From Methylophilaceae bacterium (lineage in GTDB: Bacteria; Pseudomonadota; Gammaproteobacteria; Burkholderiales; Methylophilaceae), in contig JBLIIL010000004.1 in assembly GCA_047634755.1 (NCBI GenBank), forward strand, positions 1,894 to 65,893: a DNA stretch of 64,000 nt, given 5' to 3'. Position 1 is the stretch's first letter. Each line of letters opens with the position of its first letter. Both the position numbers and the translations under genes were made by a program. Shown here one piece after another: positions 49,827-62,182 of this stretch. The notes below the pieces were generated by a model, which saw only the letters and a program-made list of their open reading frames with translations, searched no databases and was not told the origin of the DNA.

Positions 49827-50391
49827 TTAATTGACAGTATAACGAACGTTCGGTATTGTTTTGAGACCTTTAGAAAATATGGCTGTGAGGACACGACCAT
49901 CACCTTATTATCGAAAGTGATAGGACTTAAAAAATCCAGTCTTTATCACCGCTTTCCTGAGGGTAAAGCCGGTATGGCAAAAACGGTTGCGACTTATATG
50001 CAAACACAAATCCAGCAAGGCGTCATTATGCCTTTGCTTAATAAAGCCATAGCGGCAGAAGAGCACTTTAAACAGGTTATCACCACGCTGCAAGCGCTCT
50101 ATGCTGATGGTACTAAAAGCTGTTTACTCAATGTGCTGAGTTTAGGCGATGTAGCACCTGATTTGAAGCAAGTGTTTAGTACGATTTACGATACACTCTG
50201 TACACGCGTTAGTGAAGTTGGTACAAGAGATTGGCATGGATAGCCATGAAGCTAAGCTAAGGTCAAAACGCTTTTTGATTTTCTTGCAAAGCGTTTTAGT
50301 GATACAGCATTTAACAAAAAATGAAGAGATATTTAAGTTGCAAATGCAGGACCAACAGCAAGCATTTAATCAATTTTTGAATAAAAATTAG
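49827..50391 (+). pseudogene. degraded TetR/AcrR-family regulator
   Basis: The HTH region ..FRKYGCEDTTITLLSKVIGLKKSSLYHRFPEGK.. has no in-frame ATG/GTG/TTG start upstream of it. The C-terminal part (..EIGMDSHEAKLRSKRFLIFLQS..NKN*) continues in another frame after about 50200-50210. Confidence 0.7.
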
Positions 50392-50432
50392 TGTGGCTGT
50401 GTCTTAATGGTAATACGGGTTGAGAGCTTAGC

Positions 50433-51239
50433 TTAAGCTTTTAGCAATACAACCACAGCACCACTACCACCATCTTCTTGTTTCGCTTGCGCATAAGCGA
50501 TGACCTCGTCTTTTTGCATCAGCCAGCCACGCACTTTATTCTTCAGTATGGGTTCTTTATTACGCGAACCTAAGCCTTTCCCATGTACAATACGCACACA
50601 TCGGATACCCCGCTTTTTACAGTCGGAGATGAACTCGGAGACATAGGCGCGCGCTTCATCGCTGACTAAGCCGTGTAAGTCGATATGCTTTTGAACAACC
50701 CAATGCCCGCGTCTTAGCTTGCTTAAAATAGCAGGGGAGTGGCCATCACGTACATAGAGCAGCTCTTCACCAGTTTCCAACTCATACGATGGAATGTAGT
50801 GGTCACTAAGTGAGTCGATGAGCGCTTGGTGTTCGTCTCGGTTAAATTGCTCAGGCGTTGGTTTTGGTTTTTTGATTGGGTGTTGAACAGCACCGTTGGA
50901 TTTAAGCGGACGCACATTGGCAACGGCTTGTTTAAATAGATTGAGTTCACCGTCCGTGTCATCATGCATGCTCATGGTGTTAATGAGGTAGCACTGACCT
51001 TCGTCGGCATTAGTTTTATATGCGGCTATTTCAGATGATTCTCGTTCAAATAGTTCTTTTTCGAGAATATCGTCGTAATCAGAATCGACGAGTGCCTGAC
51101 ACTTATCTTCCGAAACTAGCCTAGGGATAGGCTGAGGCTTATTGAGTGGCTGATGCGTCACGCGGTCTGATTTGATTAGACGAACATCTGCAACTGCTTG
51201 TCTAAACAGGTTTAGCTCATCATCTGCGTCATCGTTCAT
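50433..51239 (-). CDS. Smr-domain protein (SmrA/YdaL-like) with a duplicated N-terminal module
   Basis: 268 aa with a C-terminal Smr domain (..IDLHGL..VRIVHGKGLGS..). Residues 1-57 and 91-147 are paralogous (DD.D.ELNLF.QAVA.VR..KS). Confidence 0.85.
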   Translation of the reverse strand: MNDDADDELNLFRQAVADVRLIKSDRVTHQPLNKPQPIPRLVSEDKCQALVDSDYDDILEKELFERESSEIAAYKTNADEGQCYLINTMSMHDDTDGELNLFKQAVANVRPLKSNGAVQHPIKKPKPTPEQFNRDEHQALIDSLSDHYIPSYELETGEELLYVRDGHSPAILSKLRRGHWVVQKHIDLHGLVSDEARAYVSEFISDCKKRGIRCVRIVHGKGLGSRNKEPILKNKVRGWLMQKDEVIAYAQAKQEDGGSGAVVVLLKA

Positions 51240-51286
51240 GCTGATTATGATATTGCAAAACCTGTCTAGTTCAAAATGACTAGGTG

Positions 51287-52807
51287 CTAACCGAGTTTAT
51301 TATCCGCGATATGGTAAGTTGGATCTTCTAACAAGTTCACTTCTACCATGCCTTTTGCATTACCTAAAATCTCGACACAATCTGGACTTAGATGTTTTAA
51401 ATGCAAGGTTTTACCTGCGACGGTATATTTAGCAGCCAATGCATCAATGGCTTCTAATGCTGAGTGGTCGACTACTTTAGCATCTTTAAAATCGATCACT
51501 ACATCGTTCGGGTCATCTTTAGGCTGAAATAGACCTTGGAACGCTGAAATAGAAGCAAAGAAGAGTGAGCCATTGAGCACATATGTTTTTGTACCAGATT
51601 CATCAATAGAAGCACTGGCACGGATGTCTTTTGCATGTTCCCAAGCAAAGGCCAGGGCAGAGAAAATCACACCCACAATCACCGCAATCGCTAAGTCAGC
51701 AAAAACGGTAATCACAGCCACTAAAATACCAACAAAAATATCAGCTCTAGGCACTTTGCCAAATAAGCGGAAGCTACCCCATTCAAAGGTTTTTTCAGCA
51801 ACAACAAACATGACACCGATCAGCGCAGCCAATGGAATCATCTCAATCCACTTGGAAGCGAATAAGATAAATGACAGTAAGAATACTGCCGTCGCAATAC
51901 CAGAAAGGCGTTTAAGCGCACCGTTGTCAATGTTGATCATACTTTGACCAATCATGGCACAACCACCCATACCACCAAATAAACCAGTCGCGATGTTTGC
52001 AAAACCTTGCGCAAGCGACTCACGGTTTGGCATGCCGCGTGTTTCAGTCATGTCGTCAATTAAGTTAAGCGTTAGCAGTGTTTCAATCAAACCAACTGCG
52101 GCTAGAATCAATGAGTAAGGCAAGATGATGTAAAGTGTTTCTAAGTTCAAAGGCACTGCTGGTAAATGGAACGTAGGTAAACCGCCTGCAATCGAGCCTA
52201 AGTCACCCACGGTTTTAGTATCTACACCTAAGGCAATCACGCCAATAGAAACGACTAAGATAGCCGCTAATGTTGATGGAATCTCTTTGGTTAACTTAGG
52301 AAGCAAGTAAATAATAGCCATCGTCAGTACGATTAAAGCTGCCATGATGATTAGTGCATCGCTACTCATCCACTGTGTAGCCCCATCAGCAGTAGTAGTT
52401 TTGAAATGACCAAATTGTGCGATGAAAATAACCATCGCTAAGCCATTCACAAAACCGAGCATTACAGGGTGAGGCACCATGCGAATGAATTTACCGAGCT
52501 TCGCCACACCAAATAACATTTGGAATAAACCCATGAGTACGATGGTCGCGAATAAATACTCCACACCGTGCTGTACAACGAGTGCAACCATCACGACCGC
52601 TAACGCACCTGTTGCGCCAGAAATCATACCTGGGCGACCGCCCATGACAGAAGTGATGAGGCAAATTATAAACGCGGCATAAAGGCCGGTTAGTGGTGAC
52701 ACATGCGCAATCAGTGCAAAAGCAATCGCCTCAGGCACCATGGCTAAAGCAACGGTTAAGCCGCTGAGTAAGTTCGTTTTAATTTCGTGGTTGCTGTAAT
52801 TAAACAT
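51287..52807 (-). CDS. SulP-family anion transporter with a C-terminal STAS domain
   Basis: Polytopic membrane protein with a STAS domain. The ATG at 52807 is preceded by AGGGA. The longer TTG-initiated ORF in the track is produced by the tandem repeat upstream. Confidence 0.9.
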   Translation of the reverse strand: MFNYSNHEIKTNLLSGLTVALAMVPEAIAFALIAHVSPLTGLYAAFIICLITSVMGGRPGMISGATGALAVVMVALVVQHGVEYLFATIVLMGLFQMLFGVAKLGKFIRMVPHPVMLGFVNGLAMVIFIAQFGHFKTTTADGATQWMSSDALIIMAALIVLTMAIIYLLPKLTKEIPSTLAAILVVSIGVIALGVDTKTVGDLGSIAGGLPTFHLPAVPLNLETLYIILPYSLILAAVGLIETLLTLNLIDDMTETRGMPNRESLAQGFANIATGLFGGMGGCAMIGQSMINIDNGALKRLSGIATAVFLLSFILFASKWIEMIPLAALIGVMFVVAEKTFEWGSFRLFGKVPRADIFVGILVAVITVFADLAIAVIVGVIFSALAFAWEHAKDIRASASIDESGTKTYVLNGSLFFASISAFQGLFQPKDDPNDVVIDFKDAKVVDHSALEAIDALAAKYTVAGKTLHLKHLSPDCVEILGNAKGMVEVNLLEDPTYHIADNKLG

Positions 52808-52823
52808 AAAGTCCCTAATAAAA

Positions 52824-52853
52824 ACTGTCAATTCAAACACTGTCAATTCAAAC
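52824..52853. repeat. exact 15-bp tandem duplication (ACTGTCAATTCAAAC x2) in the sulP 5' leader/promoter
   Basis: The units are 52824-52838 and 52839-52853, followed by a partial third copy CACTGT. Read directly. Confidence 0.95.
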
Positions 52854-53062
52854 CACTGTTTGAGGGCTATTTTAGAAAGTCAATGCGTTTTCAATAGCTT
52901 ATATTTTTTTGTAACACTTTGATGATGTGGATTCCGTGTTCTGAACCCCAAGAGTTCGGCATTATGGCACATTTGGCTTTGGGCACAAAACCTAGTGACA
53001 TATAAAAAAAACGCTCCGAACCTATGGCTACGTGGAGTGCTTTTTAGTCGACTTATTTTATC

Positions 53063-54040
<978 letters not shown>

Positions 54041-54191
54041 TTATTATAGTGATGCAGTGCGATGATTTAAAGTGCGGCTTGCATAAACTTTGTAACAAAG
54101 CGTTAATTACTGAGCTAGTTTAAATTAAGATATATTCCAATAGGACACGCTTAAGTGAAAAGGGTTTTGCTATAATCATTGCATTACTAAA

Positions 54192-56525
54192 ATGAATAAC
54201 GTTAGGGTGGTAACAGAATTGTTTTCTAAGAAAAAATCTGCTGCAACAAAGACCGCGACAACCACAGAAGACGCGCCTAAAAGCGAAAAGCAACTACACC
54301 ATATGATGCTGGTACGTGAAGCACTATGGTTATTTTTGTTATTAGTTGCCCTATTTTTGGCTGTTATTCTGATGACTTACAATCCGCAAGATCCTTCATG
54401 GTTTTATATGAGCAGTGATGGCTCGGTGATTAAAAATGCAGGTGGTAAGGTCGGTGCAGTGCTGTCCGATGTCTTATTAAACCTATTTGGCTTTTCTGCT
54501 TGGTGGTTGGTGGTGCTGGCCTTGTTTACGATTTGGCTCACTTACCAACAAATTGAAGCCGAAGAAAAAGAGCGCCCATTCTTAGTCTTTAATATTGTTG
54601 GTTTTGGTTTATTGCTTGCCGCGTCTAGCGCATTGGAAGCAGGGCATATCGTTAGCTTACCAGCCATTCTGCCAGATGCTGCGGGCGGGATTATCGGTGT
54701 TTTAGTTGATGGTAGTTTACGTAGACTTTTTGGCTATGCTGGTTCTGCAATGGTGTTATTGTTGTTATTTGCGGTTGGATTTAGCTTATTTACAGGTTGG
54801 TCTTGGATCATGATGACTGAGAAGTTTGGCGCTGCACTGATTGCGCTATCTGAATGGGCTCAAGCGAAATATCATGGTTGGCAAGACCGTAAAGTCGGTA
54901 AAGTCGTCCAGCAAAAGCGTGCTGACTTTGTGCAGAGTGAACGTAAACGGACCGAAGATAGAGCGCCGGTAGAAATCAAGTCTGCAAAAACACAAATTGT
55001 GAAAAGCGATCGGGTACAGAAAGAAAAACAAGTCTCTCTTTTTGCATCTGATGATGACCGATTACCACCATTGCATTTATTAGATGAAGCGAATAATAGT
55101 GTTGAGTTGCCATCTGATGAGACCTTGGAATTTATCTCACGTTTAATTGAGCGTAAACTGGTCGATTTTGGTATCGAAGTGAAAGTGATTTCTGCCCAAC
55201 CGGGCCCTGTGATTACGCGTTATGAATTAGAGCCTGCGCCTGGTGTTAAAGGGAGTCAAATCAGTAACTTATCAAAAGATTTGGCGCGTGCGCTATCAGT
55301 GCTGAGTGTGCGCGTGGTTGAGACCATTCCCGGTAAAAGTTATATGGGCTTGGAAATTCCAAATCCTAACCGCCAAATTGTGTTTTTGACTGAGATTATG
55401 GGCAGTAAAGTTTATGCGGATATGAATTCACCGTTAGCGATAGTCTTAGGTAAAGATATTGCTGGGTTACCTGTGGTGGCTGACTTAGCCAGAATGCCAC
55501 ATGTATTAGTAGCGGGTACGACGGGTTCTGGTAAGTCAGTTGCGATTAATGCTTTGATTCTGAGTTTGTTGTATAAATCTGACGCCAGCCAAGTACGAAT
55601 GATTTTGATTGATCCGAAAATGCTAGAGCTTTCAGTTTATGAAGGTATTCCACATCTATTAGCACCTGTGGTGACTGATATGCGTCAAGCAGGTAATGCA
55701 TTGAATTGGTGTGTCGCAGAGATGGAACGCCGCTATAAATTCATGTCTGCGCTTGGTGTGCGTAACTTAGCAGGCTACAACCAAAAAATTGAAGATGCAG
55801 CTAAAGCAGGTGAGTCAATTCCACATCCATTTAGCTTAACGCCAGATGAACCAGAGCCATTAGAAGAGCTACCAACAATCGTCGTGGTGATTGATGAGCT
55901 AGCTGACATGATGATGGTAGTCGGTAAGAAAGTGGAAGAGTTAATCGCGCGTTTGGCACAGAAAGCACGTGCTTGTGGTATTCATTTGGTGTTGGCAACG
56001 CAGCGACCTTCAGTTGATGTAATTACTGGTTTAATCAAAGCGAATGTGCCAACCCGTATCTCATTCCAAGTATCGAGCAAAATTGATTCTCGTACCATAT
56101 TAGACCAAATGGGCGCTGAAGCATTACTAGGACAGGGTGACATGTTGTACATGCCACCTGGCTCAGGGTATCCGCAACGGATTCATGGTGCATTTGTCAG
56201 TGATAAAGAAGTGCATGCTGTTGTGAACCATCTTAAAGCGCAAGGTGAACCAAATTATATTGAAGGCATCTTGACTAACGAAACAGAAGGTGGCGGTGAA
56301 GCTGGCGAGTACAGTGAAGGTGGCGGTGAGAAAGATGAATTGTATGATGAGGCCGTGGCACTTGTATTAAAAACACATCGCGCATCGATTTCATCGGTTC
56401 AGCGTCAATTACGGATTGGTTATAACCGCGCAGCAAGGTTGATTGAAGATATGGAACGCGCTGGCCTGGTTTCAGAAATGCAAACCAATGGCAGTCGTGA
56501 AGTGCTGGTTAAAGTAGAAGACTAG
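54192..56525 (+). CDS. ftsK: DNA translocase FtsK
   Basis: 777 aa with N-terminal TM helices, a linker, a motor domain with Walker A GTTGSGKS, and a gamma-domain winged helix. Confidence 0.95.
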   Translation: MNNVRVVTELFSKKKSAATKTATTTEDAPKSEKQLHHMMLVREALWLFLLLVALFLAVILMTYNPQDPSWFYMSSDGSVIKNAGGKVGAVLSDVLLNLFGFSAWWLVVLALFTIWLTYQQIEAEEKERPFLVFNIVGFGLLLAASSALEAGHIVSLPAILPDAAGGIIGVLVDGSLRRLFGYAGSAMVLLLLFAVGFSLFTGWSWIMMTEKFGAALIALSEWAQAKYHGWQDRKVGKVVQQKRADFVQSERKRTEDRAPVEIKSAKTQIVKSDRVQKEKQVSLFASDDDRLPPLHLLDEANNSVELPSDETLEFISRLIERKLVDFGIEVKVISAQPGPVITRYELEPAPGVKGSQISNLSKDLARALSVLSVRVVETIPGKSYMGLEIPNPNRQIVFLTEIMGSKVYADMNSPLAIVLGKDIAGLPVVADLARMPHVLVAGTTGSGKSVAINALILSLLYKSDASQVRMILIDPKMLELSVYEGIPHLLAPVVTDMRQAGNALNWCVAEMERRYKFMSALGVRNLAGYNQKIEDAAKAGESIPHPFSLTPDEPEPLEELPTIVVVIDELADMMMVVGKKVEELIARLAQKARACGIHLVLATQRPSVDVITGLIKANVPTRISFQVSSKIDSRTILDQMGAEALLGQGDMLYMPPGSGYPQRIHGAFVSDKEVHAVVNHLKAQGEPNYIEGILTNETEGGGEAGEYSEGGGEKDELYDEAVALVLKTHRASISSVQRQLRIGYNRAARLIEDMERAGLVSEMQTNGSREVLVKVED

Positions 56526-56553
56526 TTAACATAAGAGAATAGTGAAAGACAAT

Positions 56554-57174
56554 ATGAATAAATTGATAAGCTTGATATTAGGGCTTTTAGTTTCAACGCA
56601 GGTATTAGCGGATGGGGTGTCTGCATTGCAAGCATTTTATCGCGATACTAACTCCATGCGCGCGGCCTTTCATCAAGAAGTGAAAGATGGTCAGGGCAAT
56701 ATGGTCCAGGAAGTCGAAGGAAAAATGCAGCTGGATAGGCCCAATAAGTTTAGATGGGATTACAATAAACCTTATGAACAGCAAATTGTGAGTGATGGTA
56801 AAGAGGTCTTTCTGCTGGATACTGAGCTGGAACAAGTCACTGTTCGCACCTTAAATCAAACGCTCGGCATGACACCAGCTGCATTGCTAGCTGGTGGTCA
56901 AGGTGTCGAGGAGAATTTCATCTTAAAAAACATTGAACGTCCAGCTTTGGGTAGTGGTATTGAGTGGGTGCAAGCATTGCCTAATGTAGAAGATGGTGGT
57001 TTTGAACGTATCTATATCGGCTTTAAAGGTGGTGAATTACGCCATATGGAAATGGTTGATAGCTTTAAACATACAACCACCATTGCGTTCACGAATGTTG
57101 AACGTAACCCAGCTTTAGCCGTAGAAACTTTCTTATTCAAGATGCCTGAGGGTATTGATGTGGTTGGTGAGTAA
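56554..57174 (+). CDS. lolA: outer-membrane lipoprotein carrier protein LolA
   Basis: Signal peptide MNKLISLILGLLVSTQVLA and the conserved position between ftsK and rarA. The ORF track starts at an upstream GTG (56542). Confidence 0.88.
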   Translation: MNKLISLILGLLVSTQVLADGVSALQAFYRDTNSMRAAFHQEVKDGQGNMVQEVEGKMQLDRPNKFRWDYNKPYEQQIVSDGKEVFLLDTELEQVTVRTLNQTLGMTPAALLAGGQGVEENFILKNIERPALGSGIEWVQALPNVEDGGFERIYIGFKGGELRHMEMVDSFKHTTTIAFTNVERNPALAVETFLFKMPEGIDVVGE

Positions 57175-57241
57175 ATCTAAGTGAGTTCATTTTACTTTGC
57201 TAACTGTTACAATATCCCTTTCATTTTCTTAGGTTAAACTC

Positions 57242-58588
57242 GTGGATAGCTTGTTTGAAGCTACAACACCAAATGCCCCGCTCGCAGAGTTGCTGCGCCC
57301 CAAAATCTTAGCCGAGGTTGTTGGCCAGACGCATCTATTAGGACAGGGTAAACCACTTAAACTAGCCTTTGCATCAGGCAAGCTGCCTTCAATGATACTG
57401 TGGGGCCCACCGGGTGTCGGTAAAACGACGCTGGCAAGGTTGATTGCTAATACTGCCGACGCTGAATTTATTCCTATTTCCGCCGTACTTTCTGGCATTA
57501 AAGACATCCGTGAAGCAGTCGAGCGTGCAGAGCATACCTTGCAGCAATCTGGTCGCAAAACCATCCTATTCGTAGATGAAGTGCATCGATTTAACAAAGG
57601 GCAGCAAGATGCGTTCCTGCCTTTCGTTGAAAGCGGTTTGATTACTTTCATTGGCGCCACCACTGAAAACCCCTCATTTGAAGTGAATAGTGCGCTATTA
57701 AGCCGTGCACAAGTGTTTGTACTCAATGCCTTATCAGAGCCTGAGTTAGCCGAATTGTTAGAACGAGCAAGACAATTGGTCGCTTCGGATATTACGTTAA
57801 CAGACGCGGTGCAAGAGCAAGTGTTAGGTTATGCTGATGGCGATGCGCGGCGCTTACTCAACTTTGCCGAGAGTTTCTTCAGTGCGGCGCAAGGCGCTGG
57901 CCTTAACGAGATAGATGAAGCCTTTTTGCAGTCGACGATGGCCACTAAAATGCGTCGTTTTGATAAAGGTGGTGAAGCGTTTTACGATCAAATTTCAGCC
58001 TTACACAAATCCGTGCGTGGTTCGAATCCAGATGCTGCCTTATATTGGTTCTTACGCATGATGGATGGTGGTGCAGACCCATTGTATCTAGGTCGCCGTA
58101 TTGTACGAATCGCCATTGAAGATATTGGCCTTGCTGATCCACGCGCGCAAACAATGGCTTTAGAAGCTTGCCAAATATACGAACGACTAGGTTCACCAGA
58201 AGGTGAATTAGCATTGTCTAATGCCGTGATTTATTTGGCAGTAGCGGCGAAAAGTAATGCGTCTTATCAAGCCTATAGTCAAGCTAAAGCCTTTGTTGGG
58301 CAAGATAAATCACGTCCTGTACCATTACACTTACGTAATGCACCGACTAAGCTGATGAAGGCATTAGACTACGGCAAGGAATACCGTTATGCGCATAATG
58401 AGCCTTATGCTTATGCGGCTGGCGCAGATTATTTTCCTGATGATTTAGAAGCAATTCCATTTTATCAACCCACACCACGTGGTTTGGAAGGTAAAATATC
58501 GGAAAAATTAAAACACCTTAAGGCCTTAGATCAAGCAGCCTTGAGGAAGCATTCATTAAATCAAAATAATAGTAAAGTGAAAAAGTAA
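57242..58588 (+). CDS. rarA: replication-associated recombination protein A (AAA+)
   Basis: 448 aa with Walker A GPPGVGKTT and Walker B FVDEVHRFNK, plus a MgsA C-terminal domain. Confidence 0.95.
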   Translation: MDSLFEATTPNAPLAELLRPKILAEVVGQTHLLGQGKPLKLAFASGKLPSMILWGPPGVGKTTLARLIANTADAEFIPISAVLSGIKDIREAVERAEHTLQQSGRKTILFVDEVHRFNKGQQDAFLPFVESGLITFIGATTENPSFEVNSALLSRAQVFVLNALSEPELAELLERARQLVASDITLTDAVQEQVLGYADGDARRLLNFAESFFSAAQGAGLNEIDEAFLQSTMATKMRRFDKGGEAFYDQISALHKSVRGSNPDAALYWFLRMMDGGADPLYLGRRIVRIAIEDIGLADPRAQTMALEACQIYERLGSPEGELALSNAVIYLAVAAKSNASYQAYSQAKAFVGQDKSRPVPLHLRNAPTKLMKALDYGKEYRYAHNEPYAYAAGADYFPDDLEAIPFYQPTPRGLEGKISEKLKHLKALDQAALRKHSLNQNNSKVKK

Positions 58589-59863
<1,275 letters not shown>

Positions 59864-59889
59864 GATCTACCACTTTAGCGTATGCCGCT

Positions 59890-61338
59890 TTAATTACTCG
59901 CGATTTTATAAGGGTTGTTATCCAATGAGTCATGAGGCTGCTCAAAGCGAGAAAGAATGTTGAAGTAGCTGCGAATCGATTCGACATAAATAATTGGCTG
60001 CGCACAGCGGCAGTAACCATATTTAGCTTTGTTGTAGTACTGGGGTTTGTTGAGTTTTAGCAATGCCTTTTTAACATCCACCCAAGAGTTAGGGCTTAAA
60101 CCAAGACGCTGCGCCAATACACGTGCATCCTCAACATGCGCATAACCAACGTTGTAAGATGCAAGCGCCATATAAGTGCGGTCTGGAAATGGGACTTTTT
60201 CTGGAATAGTGTTAATCATTAAGTTCACATATTTGGCACCAGCAGGGATGCTTTGTTTCGGATCAAGTCGGTTGGTAACACCCATTCTCTCCGAGGTGGC
60301 TTCTGTTAACATCATCAGTCCACGGACATTAGTTGGGGACGTGTTAAACGTATCCCAATGCGACTCTTGATAACTGAGTGCAGCAAGCAGACGCCAATCT
60401 AGCCCTGTGATTTCTTGCGCTTGTTTAAATAGTTTAATGTACTGCGGTAAGCGAGTATGCCTACGTTTAAGAAAGGTATTAATGTCAATGGGCTTTAAGC
60501 GCTTACTATTGCCATGATAACGGTCAATCAGGTTACGTAAAGTACCATCACTTTTTATCTTAGTGAAGAAAGCATTTGCCTTCAATAAAAGGTCAGGCTT
60601 GTGCCCTTTACCAACCCCCCATGCGATTTTTTCTGATTTACCAAATGGAAATGCGACTCGCAGGTTTGGGTGGAAGTTTTGCAGCATGGAAACCAAATGA
60701 CTATCTGCAATAGTATATTCTACGGTTCCCTCAGCGACATCATCAAGAATGTTTTCTGAATGCATCCCATCACGCTCTACCCATTTTAATTTTTTTTGTT
60801 TCCGTTGAAGCGTTTTTAGTCTTTCTACAAAGCTGCTTGAAGCAGGGACGACAACTTCTTTTCCGATTAGACGACTCACATTTCTAGCTGGTTTTTTTGT
60901 GATTACTTTGTTGTAGATGACTTGTTGGTGAATGCTTTGGTATGGAATAGAAAAGTCAATGAGCGCTTTACGTGATTCGGTTATGGTTAAGTCGGCTGCC
61001 GCAATGTCGGCTTTATTATTAACAAGCGTTTCGACGACTTCTTGGATACTGTCGACAACAATGAATTCTATTTGTTTGTGATTGCCTAGAAACTTTGAGA
61101 AAGCCTTTGCTAAGTCATATTCAAGACCAGAAAACTCTCTATCACTATTGATATAGTAAGTGTTTGGACTGTTGATGGTCACAAAAGTAATAACGTTTGG
61201 ATCACGTTTGATGACGCCAGTGGTGGGCGTTTTATTGTTGGAGGCTGAGTCTTCTCCACAACTGCAGCTGCATGCGATAAGTAGCGGGAGCAGTACTAGC
61301 ATGAAAATACGTTTGATGTAAGTAGACGGGCTAAACAT
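59890..61338 (-). CDS. mltF: membrane-bound lytic murein transglycosylase F
   Basis: Lipobox ..LLIAC, an N-terminal solute-binding-like domain and an SLT domain (..LSYQESHWD..). The ATG at 61338 is preferred over the TTG at 61359. Confidence 0.85.
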   Translation of the reverse strand: MFSPSTYIKRIFMLVLLPLLIACSCSCGEDSASNNKTPTTGVIKRDPNVITFVTINSPNTYYINSDREFSGLEYDLAKAFSKFLGNHKQIEFIVVDSIQEVVETLVNNKADIAAADLTITESRKALIDFSIPYQSIHQQVIYNKVITKKPARNVSRLIGKEVVVPASSSFVERLKTLQRKQKKLKWVERDGMHSENILDDVAEGTVEYTIADSHLVSMLQNFHPNLRVAFPFGKSEKIAWGVGKGHKPDLLLKANAFFTKIKSDGTLRNLIDRYHGNSKRLKPIDINTFLKRRHTRLPQYIKLFKQAQEITGLDWRLLAALSYQESHWDTFNTSPTNVRGLMMLTEATSERMGVTNRLDPKQSIPAGAKYVNLMINTIPEKVPFPDRTYMALASYNVGYAHVEDARVLAQRLGLSPNSWVDVKKALLKLNKPQYYNKAKYGYCRCAQPIIYVESIRSYFNILSRFEQPHDSLDNNPYKIASN

Positions 61339-61362
61339 GACGTTTGTGTTAACTGGCAAGGC

Positions 61363-62040
61363 CTATTTCCACTTTTCCTCAATGTTGCCGTCATCTGCAA
61401 TAAAAATGGCAGTAGCCAGTTGATGGAAAATACCATGCTCGATAACACCAGGAATGTTGTTTAGTAATTGGTTTAAATCACCCTCAGATATTTTTTGATC
61501 AAATGACATGTCAAGTATCAGGCTCCCATATGAGCTAATCGACAAACCATCTTTGGCAACGTTTGGACGCAAATCTCCTTGTCCACCTATGTTTTTAATA
61601 CTTTTTTTAACTGCTTGCCAGGCAAAGGGCATCACTTCAATAGGGATGTCAAAGTTTGAGCCAATATGCTTAACTAACTTACTTTTGTCGGCGACGACAA
61701 AAAACTGTTTCGCAGCTTTGGCGAGTAGCTTTTCCATGACCAAATCATAACCACGACCTTTTAGTAATGTTAGGTTTGGCGTAATTTCATCTGCACCATC
61801 AACGTATAAATCAATAGCACTGACTTGTTGTAATGCAACCACAGTGAGGCCTAGGCTTTGTGCTTTCATCATGCTGATATTAGAGCTGGAGATGGTGGTG
61901 ACTTTTAGATTTTCTTCTAATTGGCGGCGCGCTAACTCTTCAATGAAAAAGTTAGCAGTAGACCCTGTGCCAAGGCCAACTAACATGTCATCTTGCACAT
62001 GTGTTGCTGCACGAACAGCGACAAGTTGCTTATCATTCAT
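61363..62040 (-). CDS. rpiA: ribose-5-phosphate isomerase A
   Basis: 225 aa with the GLGTGSTANFF and DGADE motifs. Confidence 0.95.
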   Translation of the reverse strand: MNDKQLVAVRAATHVQDDMLVGLGTGSTANFFIEELARRQLEENLKVTTISSSNISMMKAQSLGLTVVALQQVSAIDLYVDGADEITPNLTLLKGRGYDLVMEKLLAKAAKQFFVVADKSKLVKHIGSNFDIPIEVMPFAWQAVKKSIKNIGGQGDLRPNVAKDGLSISSYGSLILDMSFDQKISEGDLNQLLNNIPGVIEHGIFHQLATAIFIADDGNIEEKWK

Positions 62041-62182
62041 TGCATAAACCTTTCTTTAGTTATAGTCTTTAAGGATTGTATTGAATTCACACTCAAATTG
62101 AAATTGACCTCGAAATAGCTCGCTTGTTAAGGGTATAATAGGCAAAATTCAACGTTAAACCAAGTCATTTTCAATCTCATTT

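Noticed and set aside
49843-49852. Perfect 10-bp palindrome CGAACGTTCG read as a TetR operator
   Set aside because: A perfect 10-bp palindrome is expected by chance roughly once per kb, and this one lies inside what still reads as the TetR helix-1 coding sequence. I kept it only as a caveat in the TetR finding.
57229-57726. 165-aa minus-strand ORF
   Set aside because: It is antisense to the rarA AAA+ domain and is a shadow ORF with no motifs.
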